In this document: positions 19,615 to 30,680 of the stretch, in pieces
Layout: each line of letters begins with the position of its first letter
How positions within the stretch are numbered: position 1 is the stretch's first letter
Assembly (NCBI GenBank): GCA_964637955.1
Contig: CAZWXQ010000003.1
Span: forward strand, 95,154 to 159,153
Length of the DNA: 64,000 nucleotides
Direction: 5' to 3'
From: an uncultured Gammaproteobacteria bacterium
GTDB lineage: Bacteria > Patescibacteriota > Microgenomatia > Levybacterales > UBA12049
Made by a program: the position numbers and the translations under genes
The notes under the pieces: generated by a model
Seen by the model: the letters and a program-made list of their open reading frames with translations, nothing else
What the model was told of the DNA's origin: nothing
Database searches by the model: none

Positions 19615-22600
19615 ATGGAATTTCTAAAAAATAAAAAAACAATTCTTTTTGAAATATTATTCCTTTTTCTCCTTAGCCTTGTTCCACTGCTTTGGTTTGA
19701 TTCTGGAAAAGTTGTTGTAGGGCTTGATTCTGGTTATGCAATAGATCATCTTCAGTATTTTCTTCAAAGATCGTTTACATGGTTTGCTCCGCATAATTTT
19801 GGTGTTGATATGTCAATAGAAATTGGTGCTGTTATTTTTAGTTTGATACCGGCACTAGTTACGTTAATTGGATTACCTGATTTTCAAGTTCAAAAGGTTG
19901 TATTTGTATTTTGGTTTTTCATTTTGTCCTTGTCAATGTACTGCTTAACAAGTTATGTTTTTCCAAAAAGAGATCAATGGGGTATTAGAATCCTAGGTGT
20001 TATTTTATATATTTTTAATTTACATATTTATTCATTTTGGCTTCAAGGAGAACAAGCAATTTTCGCATCATATGCACTTTTACCACTAATTTTATTGGTT
20101 CTATTTAGGTTTGTTGATGAAAAAACTACACTTCTAAAGTACGCAATTTATCTAAATATAGTATATTTTCTATTTTCTTCAGGTGGTATAAGAGGAGTAT
20201 CGTTAGTAGGATCAACCTTAGCTTGTTTTTCTTTTGTGTTTTTATATTTTTTTATAGTTAATTTAAAACACAGTAGATTGGCATTCGTTAAAAGATTCTC
20301 CTCTTTACTACTCGTAAGTTTAATAATTTTTATATTCGTGAATATGTATTTCCTTCTTCCATTTCTTGCTTCTTTTGCAATGCAATATGGGAATCAAGTG
20401 AATATTGCAGGTGGAGTTGGTGGGGCTGTTGAATGGGCTCGCTCAATTAGTATTCACACGAGTTTAATAAATATTTTTAGATTAACAGGGGATAATAATT
20501 GGTATGATAAAAATTTTCTATGGTCTTATTCATACTTAACTAACTGGGGTTTGATTTCAATTAGTTTTATATTTCCAATTCTTGCATACACGTCAGTTCT
20601 ACTAGTTAAAGTAAAAAAAGAAAAAGTACTTATTTACTTTTTTGCTCTTTTAAGTCTTCTGGCGATTTTTCTTTCAGCAGGAACACACTCACCGCTAGGA
20701 GGATTGTATGTTTTTCTGATGGAAAAAGTCCCTGGCTTTGCGACTTTTAGGTCTCCATATTATAAATTCATGCCACTCGTATATTTAAGTTATGCATTTT
20801 TAATAAGTGCATCCGTATATTATCTGATTGAAAAATATAACAAAAATAAAAAAAATTTAATATATTCATTAGTCATATTAGGAGTTTTATTTTATAATTA
20901 TCCATTTTTTACTAAATCCAATTTCGTTTTTGATTTTCCGTTTCGATCAATGATGAAAGTACCAGACTATGTAAAGGAACTGCCTAAAGATGAGAAGATA
21001 GATCCTAAATATAGAACTTTAGTTGTTCCGCCATCAAGTTACTTTGCAAATTTACAAGCTTTTAAATGGGGCTATTGGGCAGGATACCCAATTTACTCAT
21101 TAGTTTCAGACAAGCAATTTATTACTAATGATGCATTTGGATTCCAAAAAAATGAAGATGATGTAATAAATGCATTTTATTCAGCTCTTCGAAACGAGCA
21201 ATTTGATCAGTTTAAAATCTTATCAAATAAAACCGCTACAAAATACATTTTAGTAACTAGAGATTTTGCCTATGATTATGACAAGTCAATTACTGAAAAT
21301 CCAGAAATTTATAATCAAATATTAAATAAAAATGATAAAATTTTTAAGAAAGTTCTGACAAAAGGTGAATGGGACTTATACGAAATAAATGACACAAGTC
21401 CTGAGATAATTAGAGTAATTGACAGTTTAGCTTCAATTTCTGAAAAAACTGATTTAGCGAATGCTTCAAGTGCTATAACAACTGATTTTGTATCAGAAAA
21501 AGATATATCAAATGTAAGACTTCCAATTAATGGTAGATTTACTAGTATAAATTGCTTGAGCTGTGATGTATTAGATCAAGGGTTAAGTAGTGATATTTTT
21601 GTGCCTCGTATAATGCCAAAATCGTTTTTTTATCCATACAAGATAAAACGGGAGAAAAATAATTTAAGTAAAATTAACGATAAAGAAGAAAAGCTTAATT
21701 ATTTATTAGGCTTATCGTTGAAAAGAGTTAATGAAATCCAAACAATTGATGTCAAAAGTGATTCATACGATGAATGGATAAATTCAGTAAATTTATGGAA
21801 ATCAAATTGGAATGAAATAAACAAAATTTACTTAGAGAATTATAATAATGAACAAAATCTTGTAATTTTAAAAAGAATATCTGATTACGCCGATCTGGAA
21901 GCAAATATAATAAATAGTAAATTAGATTTAACAAATATAGAACCTGAGAATAAATTGGGTAATTCTATATTGGAAAGTTTAAGCCAAATTAATTCTATTA
22001 ATAAATCTACTCAACAAGTGTTAAATTTTGCCAAATGGAAAGGGAAATATGTTTACGATGTTTCTGAAGTAAATCAAAAGATATATATAAACAAGACTAC
22101 TCTGCAAAAAAAATCTGATGGTGAAGTTTTATATCCAATCTCGTACGAAATTAATGGTGAAACTATAGAATATTCTCCGGAAGATAAATTTATAAAAATC
22201 CCTGAAAAAAATGACGGTAAATTAATTCTAAATTTTAATCTCCCTAACTTGTTTGCTGATGTAAAAAATATAAATTATATAGTTAAAGGGGAATCTAGAA
22301 AATGTTTAAGTTCTAGGGTTCCAGAATATTCTGGATATAAAAAATATTTTATAACTGCAGATCTAATTAAGGATAAAGAGGGTGAAGTTTATATAATTCG
22401 TAAGTTTAGTACTCTAAAAAATCAAAGTATTTCAAATGTTAATGATAAATCGTTAACGAGCTCTACAGCTACGTATAAGTATCCAAGCCCAAAATCAAAT
22501 GGTATTAGTATAAAATTTTCAGGTAATCTCAAAGACGAGAGCGTAGATATTTTATTTTGCTCAAATCAAGATAATATTCCCGAGGAGGTTTTTGATAAAA

Positions 22601-22995
22601 TCGTCGTGAATGAAATCTCAAAACCATCTTTATATGAGTATGAAATAGGAAATGCTAATGCAAATAGTCTGCCCAAAATCACATACGAAAAGATTAATCC
22701 TACAAAATATTCTGTTAAGATAAATGACGCAAAGCAGCCGTTTGTATTAAATTTTTCTGAGAGGTTTTCAACGATTTGGGGACTTAAGGTGAATGGCGAA
22801 AAAAATAATACCCATATAATGTTAAATGGTTTTTCGAATGGTTGGTATATAGATAAAAAAGGCAGTTATGAGATTATAATTTATTTTAATAATCAAAAAT
22901 TATTTAAAGTTGGATTGATTATAAGTTTGATTACATTTTTAATAATCTCAGCTTATTTAATTTGGGATTTTTTAAAGAAAAATGATAGAAAATAA
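19615..22995 (+). CDS. Large polytopic membrane protein, AftD/DUF3367/YfhO-like putative GT-C glycosyltransferase
   Basis: About 13 N-terminal TMs, PGFATFRSP.YKF, large extracytoplasmic domain, INPTKY...FSERF..W...NGFSNGW, C-terminal TM. Confidence 0.65.
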   Translation: MEFLKNKKTILFEILFLFLLSLVPLLWFDSGKVVVGLDSGYAIDHLQYFLQRSFTWFAPHNFGVDMSIEIGAVIFSLIPALVTLIGLPDFQVQKVVFVFWFFILSLSMYCLTSYVFPKRDQWGIRILGVILYIFNLHIYSFWLQGEQAIFASYALLPLILLVLFRFVDEKTTLLKYAIYLNIVYFLFSSGGIRGVSLVGSTLACFSFVFLYFFIVNLKHSRLAFVKRFSSLLLVSLIIFIFVNMYFLLPFLASFAMQYGNQVNIAGGVGGAVEWARSISIHTSLINIFRLTGDNNWYDKNFLWSYSYLTNWGLISISFIFPILAYTSVLLVKVKKEKVLIYFFALLSLLAIFLSAGTHSPLGGLYVFLMEKVPGFATFRSPYYKFMPLVYLSYAFLISASVYYLIEKYNKNKKNLIYSLVILGVLFYNYPFFTKSNFVFDFPFRSMMKVPDYVKELPKDEKIDPKYRTLVVPPSSYFANLQAFKWGYWAGYPIYSLVSDKQFITNDAFGFQKNEDDVINAFYSALRNEQFDQFKILSNKTATKYILVTRDFAYDYDKSITENPEIYNQILNKNDKIFKKVLTKGEWDLYEINDTSPEIIRVIDSLASISEKTDLANASSAITTDFVSEKDISNVRLPINGRFTSINCLSCDVLDQGLSSDIFVPRIMPKSFFYPYKIKREKNNLSKINDKEEKLNYLLGLSLKRVNEIQTIDVKSDSYDEWINSVNLWKSNWNEINKIYLENYNNEQNLVILKRISDYADLEANIINSKLDLTNIEPENKLGNSILESLSQINSINKSTQQVLNFAKWKGKYVYDVSEVNQKIYINKTTLQKKSDGEVLYPISYEINGETIEYSPEDKFIKIPEKNDGKLILNFNLPNLFADVKNINYIVKGESRKCLSSRVPEYSGYKKYFITADLIKDKEGEVYIIRKFSTLKNQSISNVNDKSLTSSTATYKYPSPKSNGISIKFSGNLKDESVDILFCSNQDNIPEEVFDKIVVNEISKPSLYEYEIGNANANSLPKITYEKINPTKYSVKINDAKQPFVLNFSERFSTIWGLKVNGEKNNTHIMLNGFSNGWYIDKKGSYEIIIYFNNQKLFKVGLIISLITFLIISAYLIWDFLKKNDRK

Positions 22996-23308
22996 AATTT
23001 ATTTCGAGAAAAGAAGATTTTACTTAGGCTTACTTATTATATTTTTGAGTTTTGTTGTCCTGCCTCAAATTCCTTATTTAAATTTGATATTAACTTATTT
23101 AATGACAGGATTTATTTGTTTTGGAATAATATTAATTGTTGGATTTCGAGGATTGGATCTAGTAAGAGCTGGGATTTTATTGTTTGTGTGTATGCTATTT
23201 CTTGAATTATTTGGAAGTTCATATTTAGTTGAGGTTCTTGGAAATGTTGCTTATTTTATAATCCTGATAGGGTTACTTAGTCTAATTAGGTCACTTATTA
23301 AAAAATGA
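22982..23308 (+). CDS. Small hydrophobic membrane protein (about 4 TM), unknown function
   Basis: 108 aa, almost all hydrophobic; overlaps both neighbours. Confidence 0.7.
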   Translation: MIENKIYFEKRRFYLGLLIIFLSFVVLPQIPYLNLILTYLMTGFICFGIILIVGFRGLDLVRAGILLFVCMLFLELFGSSYLVEVLGNVAYFIILIGLLSLIRSLIKK

Positions 23309-23922
23309 ATATTACTAAAAGTTTTAAAAATAAAGGATTTAGGCTATCATCCTATTTGATATTCAAAGTTTTTTTAAATCGAATTCGTTCGAATTTAAGA
23401 ATATTGTTTTTTAATTTTTTAGGATTTAAAATTGATTCTTCCGTAACACTCGAAAAAAATATTGAACTATTCCAGGGTAAAAAAAACGCAATAAAAATTG
23501 GAGAGAAATCATTCATTGGGTATGGTGTAAGAATTAAAGCTGGATTTGATGGCGAGATAGAAATTGGCAAAAATGTTTACGTTCATGATTACACTTTTAT
23601 TTTTGCACATAGCAAGTTAATCATTGGTGACAATACGCTTATTTCGCCAAATGTTTTTATTACTGATTTTGATCATAAGTATCCTCACTCTAAATATAAA
23701 AATTTATTATCTAGTAAGGATGGTTATGTAGATAAAACTGTTTTTATCGGTAAAAATGTTTGGATCGGAGCTAATTCAGTGATTTTGCCAGGTGTTTCTA
23801 TCGGAGATGATTCTGTAGTCGGAGCTGGTTCAATTGTAACTAAAAATGTTCCTTCTGGTTCTATTGCTGTAGGAAATCCAGCAAGGGTTGTGAAAAAGAT
23901 TTATGAAACAAAAAAAAGATAA
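23305..23922 (+). CDS. Left-handed beta-helix acyltransferase (maltose/galactoside O-acetyltransferase-like)
   Basis: DFDH, WIGANSVILPGV.IG, VGNPAR. Confidence 0.88.
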   Translation: MNITKSFKNKGFRLSSYLIFKVFLNRIRSNLRILFFNFLGFKIDSSVTLEKNIELFQGKKNAIKIGEKSFIGYGVRIKAGFDGEIEIGKNVYVHDYTFIFAHSKLIIGDNTLISPNVFITDFDHKYPHSKYKNLLSSKDGYVDKTVFIGKNVWIGANSVILPGVSIGDDSVVGAGSIVTKNVPSGSIAVGNPARVVKKIYETKKR

Positions 23923-24970
23923 ATACCCTCTAGTAAATATTATAATTTTAACTTTTAACCAGTTTAATTTTGTTGGGGAATGCATAGAAGCAGTAATCAA
24001 GAGTAATTATCCAAATTTAAAATTTTATTTGGTTGATAATAATTCGAATCATTCTGACTATAAAGAATTTTATGAGAAATTTAAAAATACGAATAATATT
24101 GAATTTTTTAGACTTAAAGAAAATATTGGTTTTGCTGGCGGATGTAACTATGCGTTAAAAAAAATTAAATCTGGATATATAGTTTTTTTAAATGATGATG
24201 TTATCGTAGATAAAGATTGGTTAATGCCAATAATTTCATACATGGAAGAAAATCCTGAAGTGGGTGCATGTCAGCCGAAGATAAAAAATATGAGAAAAAA
24301 GAATGAATTTGAGTACGCCGGTGCAGCAGGAGGATTTATGGATGTATATGGATATCCATTTGCGAGAGGTAGATTATTTTTTAACTATGAAAAAGATAAA
24401 GGTCAATATGATTCGATTACTGATTTAGTTTGGTGCTCTGGAGCATGTTTAATTACAAATGTAAATGTTATTAAAAATGTAGGTCTATTTGATGAAATAT
24501 TTTTTATATATGGAGATGAATCTGATTTATGTTGGCGTATGCATTTAAAAGGATACAAGTTAAAATACATTCCCGCTTCTGTCGTTTATCATCATGGATC
24601 GGGGACTATGAGTAAATTTAAATTTAAAAAAACATTTTTGCATCACAGAAATGGTCTTATTTTGCTTTTGAAAAATTATAGATTACATGAGTTGATTCGC
24701 TATCTACCTATTAGAATAGTTTTTGATTACATAGCTTTTTGGTATTATCTTTTAGTTAATCGTGAAATTAAAAATGCGATTGCAGTTCCGTTAGCGCATT
24801 TAAGTGTTCTATATAATTTTCCTTATTTATATTCATATAGAAAAAAAACGCTGAGAGATAATTTAAATTTTTCTGGTTACCCTTTGTATAAAAAAAGTAT
24901 AATAATAGAATATTTTTTACTTGGAAAGAAAAAATTTAGTCAATTAGATGATGGTAAATTTGTAAGATGA
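23903..24970 (+). CDS. GT2 glycosyltransferase
   Basis: GFAGGCN, FLNDD, QPKI, FEYAGAAGG, GDESDLCWR. Confidence 0.9.
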   Translation: MKQKKDKYPLVNIIILTFNQFNFVGECIEAVIKSNYPNLKFYLVDNNSNHSDYKEFYEKFKNTNNIEFFRLKENIGFAGGCNYALKKIKSGYIVFLNDDVIVDKDWLMPIISYMEENPEVGACQPKIKNMRKKNEFEYAGAAGGFMDVYGYPFARGRLFFNYEKDKGQYDSITDLVWCSGACLITNVNVIKNVGLFDEIFFIYGDESDLCWRMHLKGYKLKYIPASVVYHHGSGTMSKFKFKKTFLHHRNGLILLLKNYRLHELIRYLPIRIVFDYIAFWYYLLVNREIKNAIAVPLAHLSVLYNFPYLYSYRKKTLRDNLNFSGYPLYKKSIIIEYFLLGKKKFSQLDDGKFVR

Positions 24971-26004
24971 AAAAAAATACTAAACCAATATTAATAACAG
25001 GTGGTTGTGGATTTGTTGGTCGGAACCTGATCCGAAAATTAAAAAGCGAAAAAGATATTTGGGTGATTGATGATTTATCAATCGGTCAAGATCCTAAGAG
25101 ATGGTTGGGATCTTATAAATTAAAAAATAAGAAGAAAAACATGACTATTTATGAAGATAAAAATCAGTCAATAACTTTTATTAAAGCAGATTTGATAGAT
25201 GTTTTAAGAGCTGAAGAAAAAGATAAAAGATTGCCTAATTTTAATAAGATATATCATTTCGCATCAATAGTGGGGGGTAGAGCATTAATCGATGGAGATC
25301 CAATTCGGATTGGTAAAGATCTAGCTATTGATTCAATTTTCTTTTTTTGGCTAACCCAATTTAATAGAGAGGTCGATGGAGTCCTTTATGCCAGTTCCAG
25401 CGCTGCCTATCCAGTTTCTATTCAGAATAAGAAGAATGCAAAAGCATTAAAAGAAAAAGATTTAGATTTTTCATTAAATTTAGGAGTTCCCGATATGACA
25501 TATGGATGGAGTAAGTTAACTGGTGAATATCTAAGTAGATTAGCAGCCCAAAGGTATTCAATTCCAGTCTCTTGTGTGAGGCCATTTTCAGGGTATGGAG
25601 AAGATCAGGATTTCACTTATCCAATACCTGCAATTGCGAAAAGAGCAGTTCTTAAGGAGAATCCTTTTGATGTTTGGGGCAATGGAAAGCAAGGTAGAGA
25701 TTTTGTGCATATTGATGATTGTATCGCTGCATTTTTTATTATTATGAAAAATATTAAAGACGGTAAAGCATGTAATATTGGTAGCGGAAAGCTTACAACG
25801 TTTATCGATGTCATTAAAATTTTTACTTCTTTTTCTGATTATAGTCCAAAGATAAATAAACTTATAGATAAGCCAACTGGTGTTTCAGCCAGATATGCCG
25901 ATACTAAATTAATAAACAGTTTTGGGTGGAAGCCTAAAATTTCAAATACAGAGGGTTTTAAGCGCGTTTTTGATTATGTAAATGAAAGTATAATGGATAA
26001 ATAA
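24967..26004 (+). CDS. NAD-dependent epimerase/dehydratase (GME-like SDR)
   Basis: GGCGFVG, SSSAAYP, YGWSK, RPFSGYG, WGNGKQ.RDFVHI. Confidence 0.85.
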   Translation: MKKNTKPILITGGCGFVGRNLIRKLKSEKDIWVIDDLSIGQDPKRWLGSYKLKNKKKNMTIYEDKNQSITFIKADLIDVLRAEEKDKRLPNFNKIYHFASIVGGRALIDGDPIRIGKDLAIDSIFFFWLTQFNREVDGVLYASSSAAYPVSIQNKKNAKALKEKDLDFSLNLGVPDMTYGWSKLTGEYLSRLAAQRYSIPVSCVRPFSGYGEDQDFTYPIPAIAKRAVLKENPFDVWGNGKQGRDFVHIDDCIAAFFIIMKNIKDGKACNIGSGKLTTFIDVIKIFTSFSDYSPKINKLIDKPTGVSARYADTKLINSFGWKPKISNTEGFKRVFDYVNESIMDK

Positions 26005-26005
26005 T

Positions 26006-27211
26006 ATGAAAACTGTTTTTGTAGCCAATTTTTTACCAGATACAAATTATACGAGAGATCTTAGTCAGGGTTTTATACAGATCATGAAAAAGAATGATGA
26101 ATTGTATCTTTGTGGAAGAAAAAATGAACCTGTTTTAGATGGAAAAATGCCTGAGGTAGATTTAGTTTGGAAAAAAGGGGTTTTCCCATATATTTCTATT
26201 ATCAAATATATATATTCTAAAAAGGCTCAAGTAGTACATGTTCAGCATGAATTCAAGACGTATGGAGGAATACTTTCGGCAATTCTTTTCCCATGGTTTA
26301 TACTAGCATTAAGATTATTGCGTCTTAAGGTAGTTATTACGTCTCATGGAATAGTTTCTAGAAAGCAGTTATCGAAAGATTTTCTAGAAGGTTTTGGTCT
26401 TAGCTATAATTTGTTAAATCTATTTTTAGTAAAAAGTTTTTTAACGTACAGCTATAAATTAATAATTTATTTTGCAAATTGCACTACGGTTCATTCGCCA
26501 TTTCTTAGAGAGATATTAACAAATGAGTATAAATGTAGTCCTAAGAAAGTAGTTTTTGTTGAACATGGAATTAGAGAAATTAAGGACATTTCACTTCTTC
26601 CTAAAAATCCTAAGATTTATAAAAAATATCCAAAACTTAAAAATAAGAATATTATTTTAGTCTTTGGATATTTTTCTCCGCGTAAAGGATTTGAATTTTT
26701 ACTCGAAGGATTTTCAGATTTAATAAAATCTGAAAAAGTTGATAATTGGATAATGGTTTTTGCTGGAGATGTGAATAAAGAATTTTTGCCATATAAATTA
26801 AAAATTGATAAATTAATAAAAAATAAAAAGCTTGATAAGTACACGCTGATTACTGGGTTTATAGATGCGGTTGAAGTTGACGAATTTTATAGACTGGCAA
26901 AAATTTCAGTAATTCCAGCTGCATATTCATTTAATACAAGTGGGGCTCTTGCTATGACTCTTGCATATAGAAAGCCTTTAATGGTTTCAAATGTTAAACC
27001 AATTTCTGAAGAAATAAGATTAAATAAATTCGGATTACTATACGATTTAGGTGGAAAAAATTCATTTGAAAATCAATTCAAGAAAATGATATCTGATAAG
27101 AAAACTTATTCTTTGATTAAGTCAACCCTAGATAAAGAAACTCCTAGAAGATTTTGGAAAAATATAGCACTTGAACACTATAAACTGTATTCTAAAATTT
27201 TAAAATCATGA
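26006..27211 (+). CDS. GT4 glycosyltransferase
   Basis: HVQHE, HG, FGYFSPRKG, SGALA..LA..KP. Confidence 0.8.
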   Translation: MKTVFVANFLPDTNYTRDLSQGFIQIMKKNDELYLCGRKNEPVLDGKMPEVDLVWKKGVFPYISIIKYIYSKKAQVVHVQHEFKTYGGILSAILFPWFILALRLLRLKVVITSHGIVSRKQLSKDFLEGFGLSYNLLNLFLVKSFLTYSYKLIIYFANCTTVHSPFLREILTNEYKCSPKKVVFVEHGIREIKDISLLPKNPKIYKKYPKLKNKNIILVFGYFSPRKGFEFLLEGFSDLIKSEKVDNWIMVFAGDVNKEFLPYKLKIDKLIKNKKLDKYTLITGFIDAVEVDEFYRLAKISVIPAAYSFNTSGALAMTLAYRKPLMVSNVKPISEEIRLNKFGLLYDLGGKNSFENQFKKMISDKKTYSLIKSTLDKETPRRFWKNIALEHYKLYSKILKS

Positions 27212-29007
27212 AGATATTAGGTATTCACTTAAGAACTCATGATACTTCTGTTGTTTTCATAGAAGATGGAAAAGTAGTTTATGGCGCTTCAAATGAACGA
27301 TTTTCTCGAGTAAAAATGGATAGAAATGCTCCTATTGGTGCATTAAAAAACTTTTTAGAATATACAAAAATAAAACCAAAGGATATAGATATAGTAACCT
27401 ATGTTGAAGATCCATTTCCAAAGTCACTGCTTTTAAATTTTAAGGAAAATAGTTGGCCAATAACGTCAACTAGAGGAGAATATTTATTGTGGCTTAAAAA
27501 GCCTTCGCTAATTATTGCAGAAATGTTAATTGCACCTGGAATTTTGAGCTATTTATATAGATATATCTATGCAAGGCTAAAGGTAAGAGGGTTACTGAAG
27601 GGGTTTAAAGGAAAAACTTATCTTGATCATCATCATATGGCTCATCTGCACTCAGCTTATTACACCTCTGGTTGGAAGGATTGTTTGGTAATGGCGAACG
27701 AAGGATCAGGTTTTCCTCAAACTCTTTCTATATATCATGTAAATAATGGAGTTTGGGAAAAGATTATTGAGAATAAGCTACCAAACTCGATGGGCAAATT
27801 TTATGAATTAGTTACTGAAATTCTTGGATTTAATAGGCATAGGCATCCAGGTAAGATAACTGGATTATCAGCATATGGAAACTCGAAAATCGCATATGGA
27901 TTCGTCAAGAAATTAATGTGGGTTAAGAATGACAAATTAATTTTGAACCACAGAATGTATCTTAAAATTTTAGCCTATTATCTTAATAATAAAAAAATCC
28001 CACCCGAGCTTAAGAATTATAAAAGAGAGGATATTTCCGCTGCTTTTCAAAAGCGCCTCGAAGATTGTATTTGCGAATTGGTCTCTTATGCAGCTAAAAA
28101 GACAGGTGAAAATAAAATTGCATTAGCTGGAGGAGTAGCAGCAAACGTTAAGGCGAACCAAAAAATATATGAGTTACCAGAAATTAAAGAAATATTTATT
28201 CATCAAGCAATGGGTGATGATGGTTTGGCAACCGGTGCAGCAATGCATGCTGCTTATTTGAATGGGGAAAATATTAAAAAGCCATCAAATGTTTACTTAG
28301 GACCCGATTTTTCAAATGTACAAATTGAAAAAACATTAAAGAAATTTAGTTTAAGATATAAAAAAGTTACAAATATTGAAAAGAAAGTCGCCGAAATACT
28401 TTCTGATGGAAAAGTAGTTGCTCGTTTTGAAGGTAGAATGGAGTACGGACCCAGAGCTTTAGGAAATAGGTCAATTTTATTCCATACTAAGGATAAAAGC
28501 GTAAATGATTGGCTTAATAAAAAATTAAAAAGAACCGAGTTTATGCCATTTGCTCCAGTTACACTCGAAGAATATGCAAATAATTGTTATAAAAATCTTG
28601 ATGGGGCAATGCACGCTGCTAAGTTCATGACCCTGACATTTGAATGCACGCCTTACATGAAAAAAGTAAGTCCAGCATGTGTTCATGTGGATAATACTGC
28701 TCGACCTCAAATAATTACAAAAACAGATAATCCAAAATATTATAAATTGTTATCCGAATATTTTAAACTAACTGGGATACCAAGCCTTGTTAATACAAGT
28801 TTTAACATGCATGAAGAGCCAATTGTTTGCACTCCAGATGACGCAGTGAGAGCATTTTTATCATCGCAAATTGACTACTTATCAATTGGTGATTTTTTAA
28901 TTAGTATTGATCAGAATATTAAGGTTTCTGAAAATTTCATAATGAATTTAGAAATAAAAAATAAAAATAAATCCAATAGTAATTTTATTAATTTTTTAAA
29001 TCATTAA
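27208..29007 (+). CDS. NodU/CmcH/TobZ-family O-carbamoyltransferase
   Basis: HD, ERFSR.K, HHMAH..SAY, GKITGLSAYG, GGVAAN, EYGPRALGNRS, FMPFAP, HVDNTARPQ, NTSFNMHEEPIV. Confidence 0.93.
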   Translation: MKILGIHLRTHDTSVVFIEDGKVVYGASNERFSRVKMDRNAPIGALKNFLEYTKIKPKDIDIVTYVEDPFPKSLLLNFKENSWPITSTRGEYLLWLKKPSLIIAEMLIAPGILSYLYRYIYARLKVRGLLKGFKGKTYLDHHHMAHLHSAYYTSGWKDCLVMANEGSGFPQTLSIYHVNNGVWEKIIENKLPNSMGKFYELVTEILGFNRHRHPGKITGLSAYGNSKIAYGFVKKLMWVKNDKLILNHRMYLKILAYYLNNKKIPPELKNYKREDISAAFQKRLEDCICELVSYAAKKTGENKIALAGGVAANVKANQKIYELPEIKEIFIHQAMGDDGLATGAAMHAAYLNGENIKKPSNVYLGPDFSNVQIEKTLKKFSLRYKKVTNIEKKVAEILSDGKVVARFEGRMEYGPRALGNRSILFHTKDKSVNDWLNKKLKRTEFMPFAPVTLEEYANNCYKNLDGAMHAAKFMTLTFECTPYMKKVSPACVHVDNTARPQIITKTDNPKYYKLLSEYFKLTGIPSLVNTSFNMHEEPIVCTPDDAVRAFLSSQIDYLSIGDFLISIDQNIKVSENFIMNLEIKNKNKSNSNFINFLNH

Positions 29008-30680
29008 TGTTAAAAAAATACAGAATTTATTTGTTATATTTCTTATTATTTTTTGGGTTAATTTTATTATTCACAAACGGACTTTTTAATAATTTTTTTG
29101 AACAAGATGAGTGGGGTGCTTTTGGAGATATAATCTATTTTCATAATCTAAATCCTATCGACTTTTTTATAAGTAAAGGTATCCATTTTACTCCGTTTGG
29201 ATTTATTTATTGGTTTATTCTTTATAAAATTTTTGCATTCAATGCTCAAGTATATATTTTAATTGAACTTCTGGTTCATACTTTTGCAAGTTTATTAGTT
29301 GTAATTCTTGCAACAAGACTTACTGGAAATAAAAAAATTGGTTTGTTAACTGGAATATTGTTTGCAACTAACGGTAGGGCTAATCAAGCATTCACTCATC
29401 TTGCAATTTTTTCTACGACAATTTCTGCATTTATTTTAATAATCTCCTTTTTTATCTATCTTAGTTATATTAAGGAGAAGAAAATATCTTATAAAAATAT
29501 TATTATTCTTTTTTTAATTTTTATCTCAGCACTCTTTTTTAGAGAAGAATGTTTTATAATAATCCCATTATTTATTTATTATTTATTTTTCTTCGATAGG
29601 TCTAAAATAAGTTCAAAAAATATACCTCAATTTTCATTATTTGCAGGCGGAATTATTTTATTTATTGTCTTTAGATTCGTATCGCAAATCTTCAATACGA
29701 CTCCCATACCCGTGGGGAGTGGAGTTTATAAATTATCAATTATTTATAACTTAGTTACATTACCATTTAAATTTATTGTTTTAAATTTAGTTGACGGAAT
29801 CAGAATTTTAAACTTCTTTGTTATCAACAGTCAAAGAATATATAACGACCAGCAAATTAATTTTATTCAAAATTATCCAGTTTTCATCGATATGGCGGTA
29901 TTTTTTATATTTTCAATCATTGGTATTTTATTTTCATTTTGGTTGTATAAATTTAATAATAAAAAAATATTAATTATTTTAGGATTTTCTTTGCTTTGGA
30001 TTTTATCTAATGTTCTTATTTTGTCAATTGTCGGAAGAAATTTATATGTCGTTGAGAGAAGATATTTATACTTCTCAAGCTTTCCAGTGCTTATGGTACT
30101 TTCTATGGTTTTATATTATGTTTATACATCTACATCATCGAAATTATTAACTTCTTATATAAAAAAATTTATTGTAATTTGCACTATTGCGATATTATTA
30201 ATTACATCTTATTCTGAGATTCAGCAAGAGGTTGCTTATAAAGAAAAGAATGCCAATGTAAGAAAAAAAATAATAAGCAGTATGCTTGAAAATTATCCTA
30301 CAATTCCCAAAGATACGATTTTTTATATCAATTGTAAGAATAAATGCTATAGCAATGTGACTTTTGGTATTCCAAATGAATATGTTTTGCCATTTTCTTC
30401 AGGTCCTGGTTGGATAATACTTACTCAGTACGCCAAGGGAAATGAGAAGACGTGGGGAAAATTATTAACAAATAATTTCCTCTTGGGACTTGGAAGTGAA
30501 GGATATAATAAGGAAGGTGATTATGGTTTTGGGTATTTTGTAGATTACAATAATCTGAAGTCTACCTTGAAAGAAAAAAAAATACCTACAAGTACTGTGA
30601 TTGCATTAAAATATGATGAGAAGAACTTTAAATTCATTGATGTTTCAAAGCAGATTAGAAATAAATTAAATGAAAATTAA
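29007..30680 (+). CDS. Polytopic membrane protein, putative GT-C glycosyltransferase
   Basis: TM1, then FFEQDEW and HFTP; REE; RYLY; C-terminal soluble domain. Confidence 0.7.
   Translation: MLKKYRIYLLYFLLFFGLILLFTNGLFNNFFEQDEWGAFGDIIYFHNLNPIDFFISKGIHFTPFGFIYWFILYKIFAFNAQVYILIELLVHTFASLLVVILATRLTGNKKIGLLTGILFATNGRANQAFTHLAIFSTTISAFILIISFFIYLSYIKEKKISYKNIIILFLIFISALFFREECFIIIPLFIYYLFFFDRSKISSKNIPQFSLFAGGIILFIVFRFVSQIFNTTPIPVGSGVYKLSIIYNLVTLPFKFIVLNLVDGIRILNFFVINSQRIYNDQQINFIQNYPVFIDMAVFFIFSIIGILFSFWLYKFNNKKILIILGFSLLWILSNVLILSIVGRNLYVVERRYLYFSSFPVLMVLSMVLYYVYTSTSSKLLTSYIKKFIVICTIAILLITSYSEIQQEVAYKEKNANVRKKIISSMLENYPTIPKDTIFYINCKNKCYSNVTFGIPNEYVLPFSSGPGWIILTQYAKGNEKTWGKLLTNNFLLGLGSEGYNKEGDYGFGYFVDYNNLKSTLKEKKIPTSTVIALKYDEKNFKFIDVSKQIRNKLNEN

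Noticed and set aside
27208-29007. Carbamoyltransferase plus glycosyltransferases as a DNA hypermodification or antibiotic cluster
   Set aside because: No base hydroxylase, DNA methyltransferase, phage or PKS/NRPS genes; the context is entirely envelope glycan.
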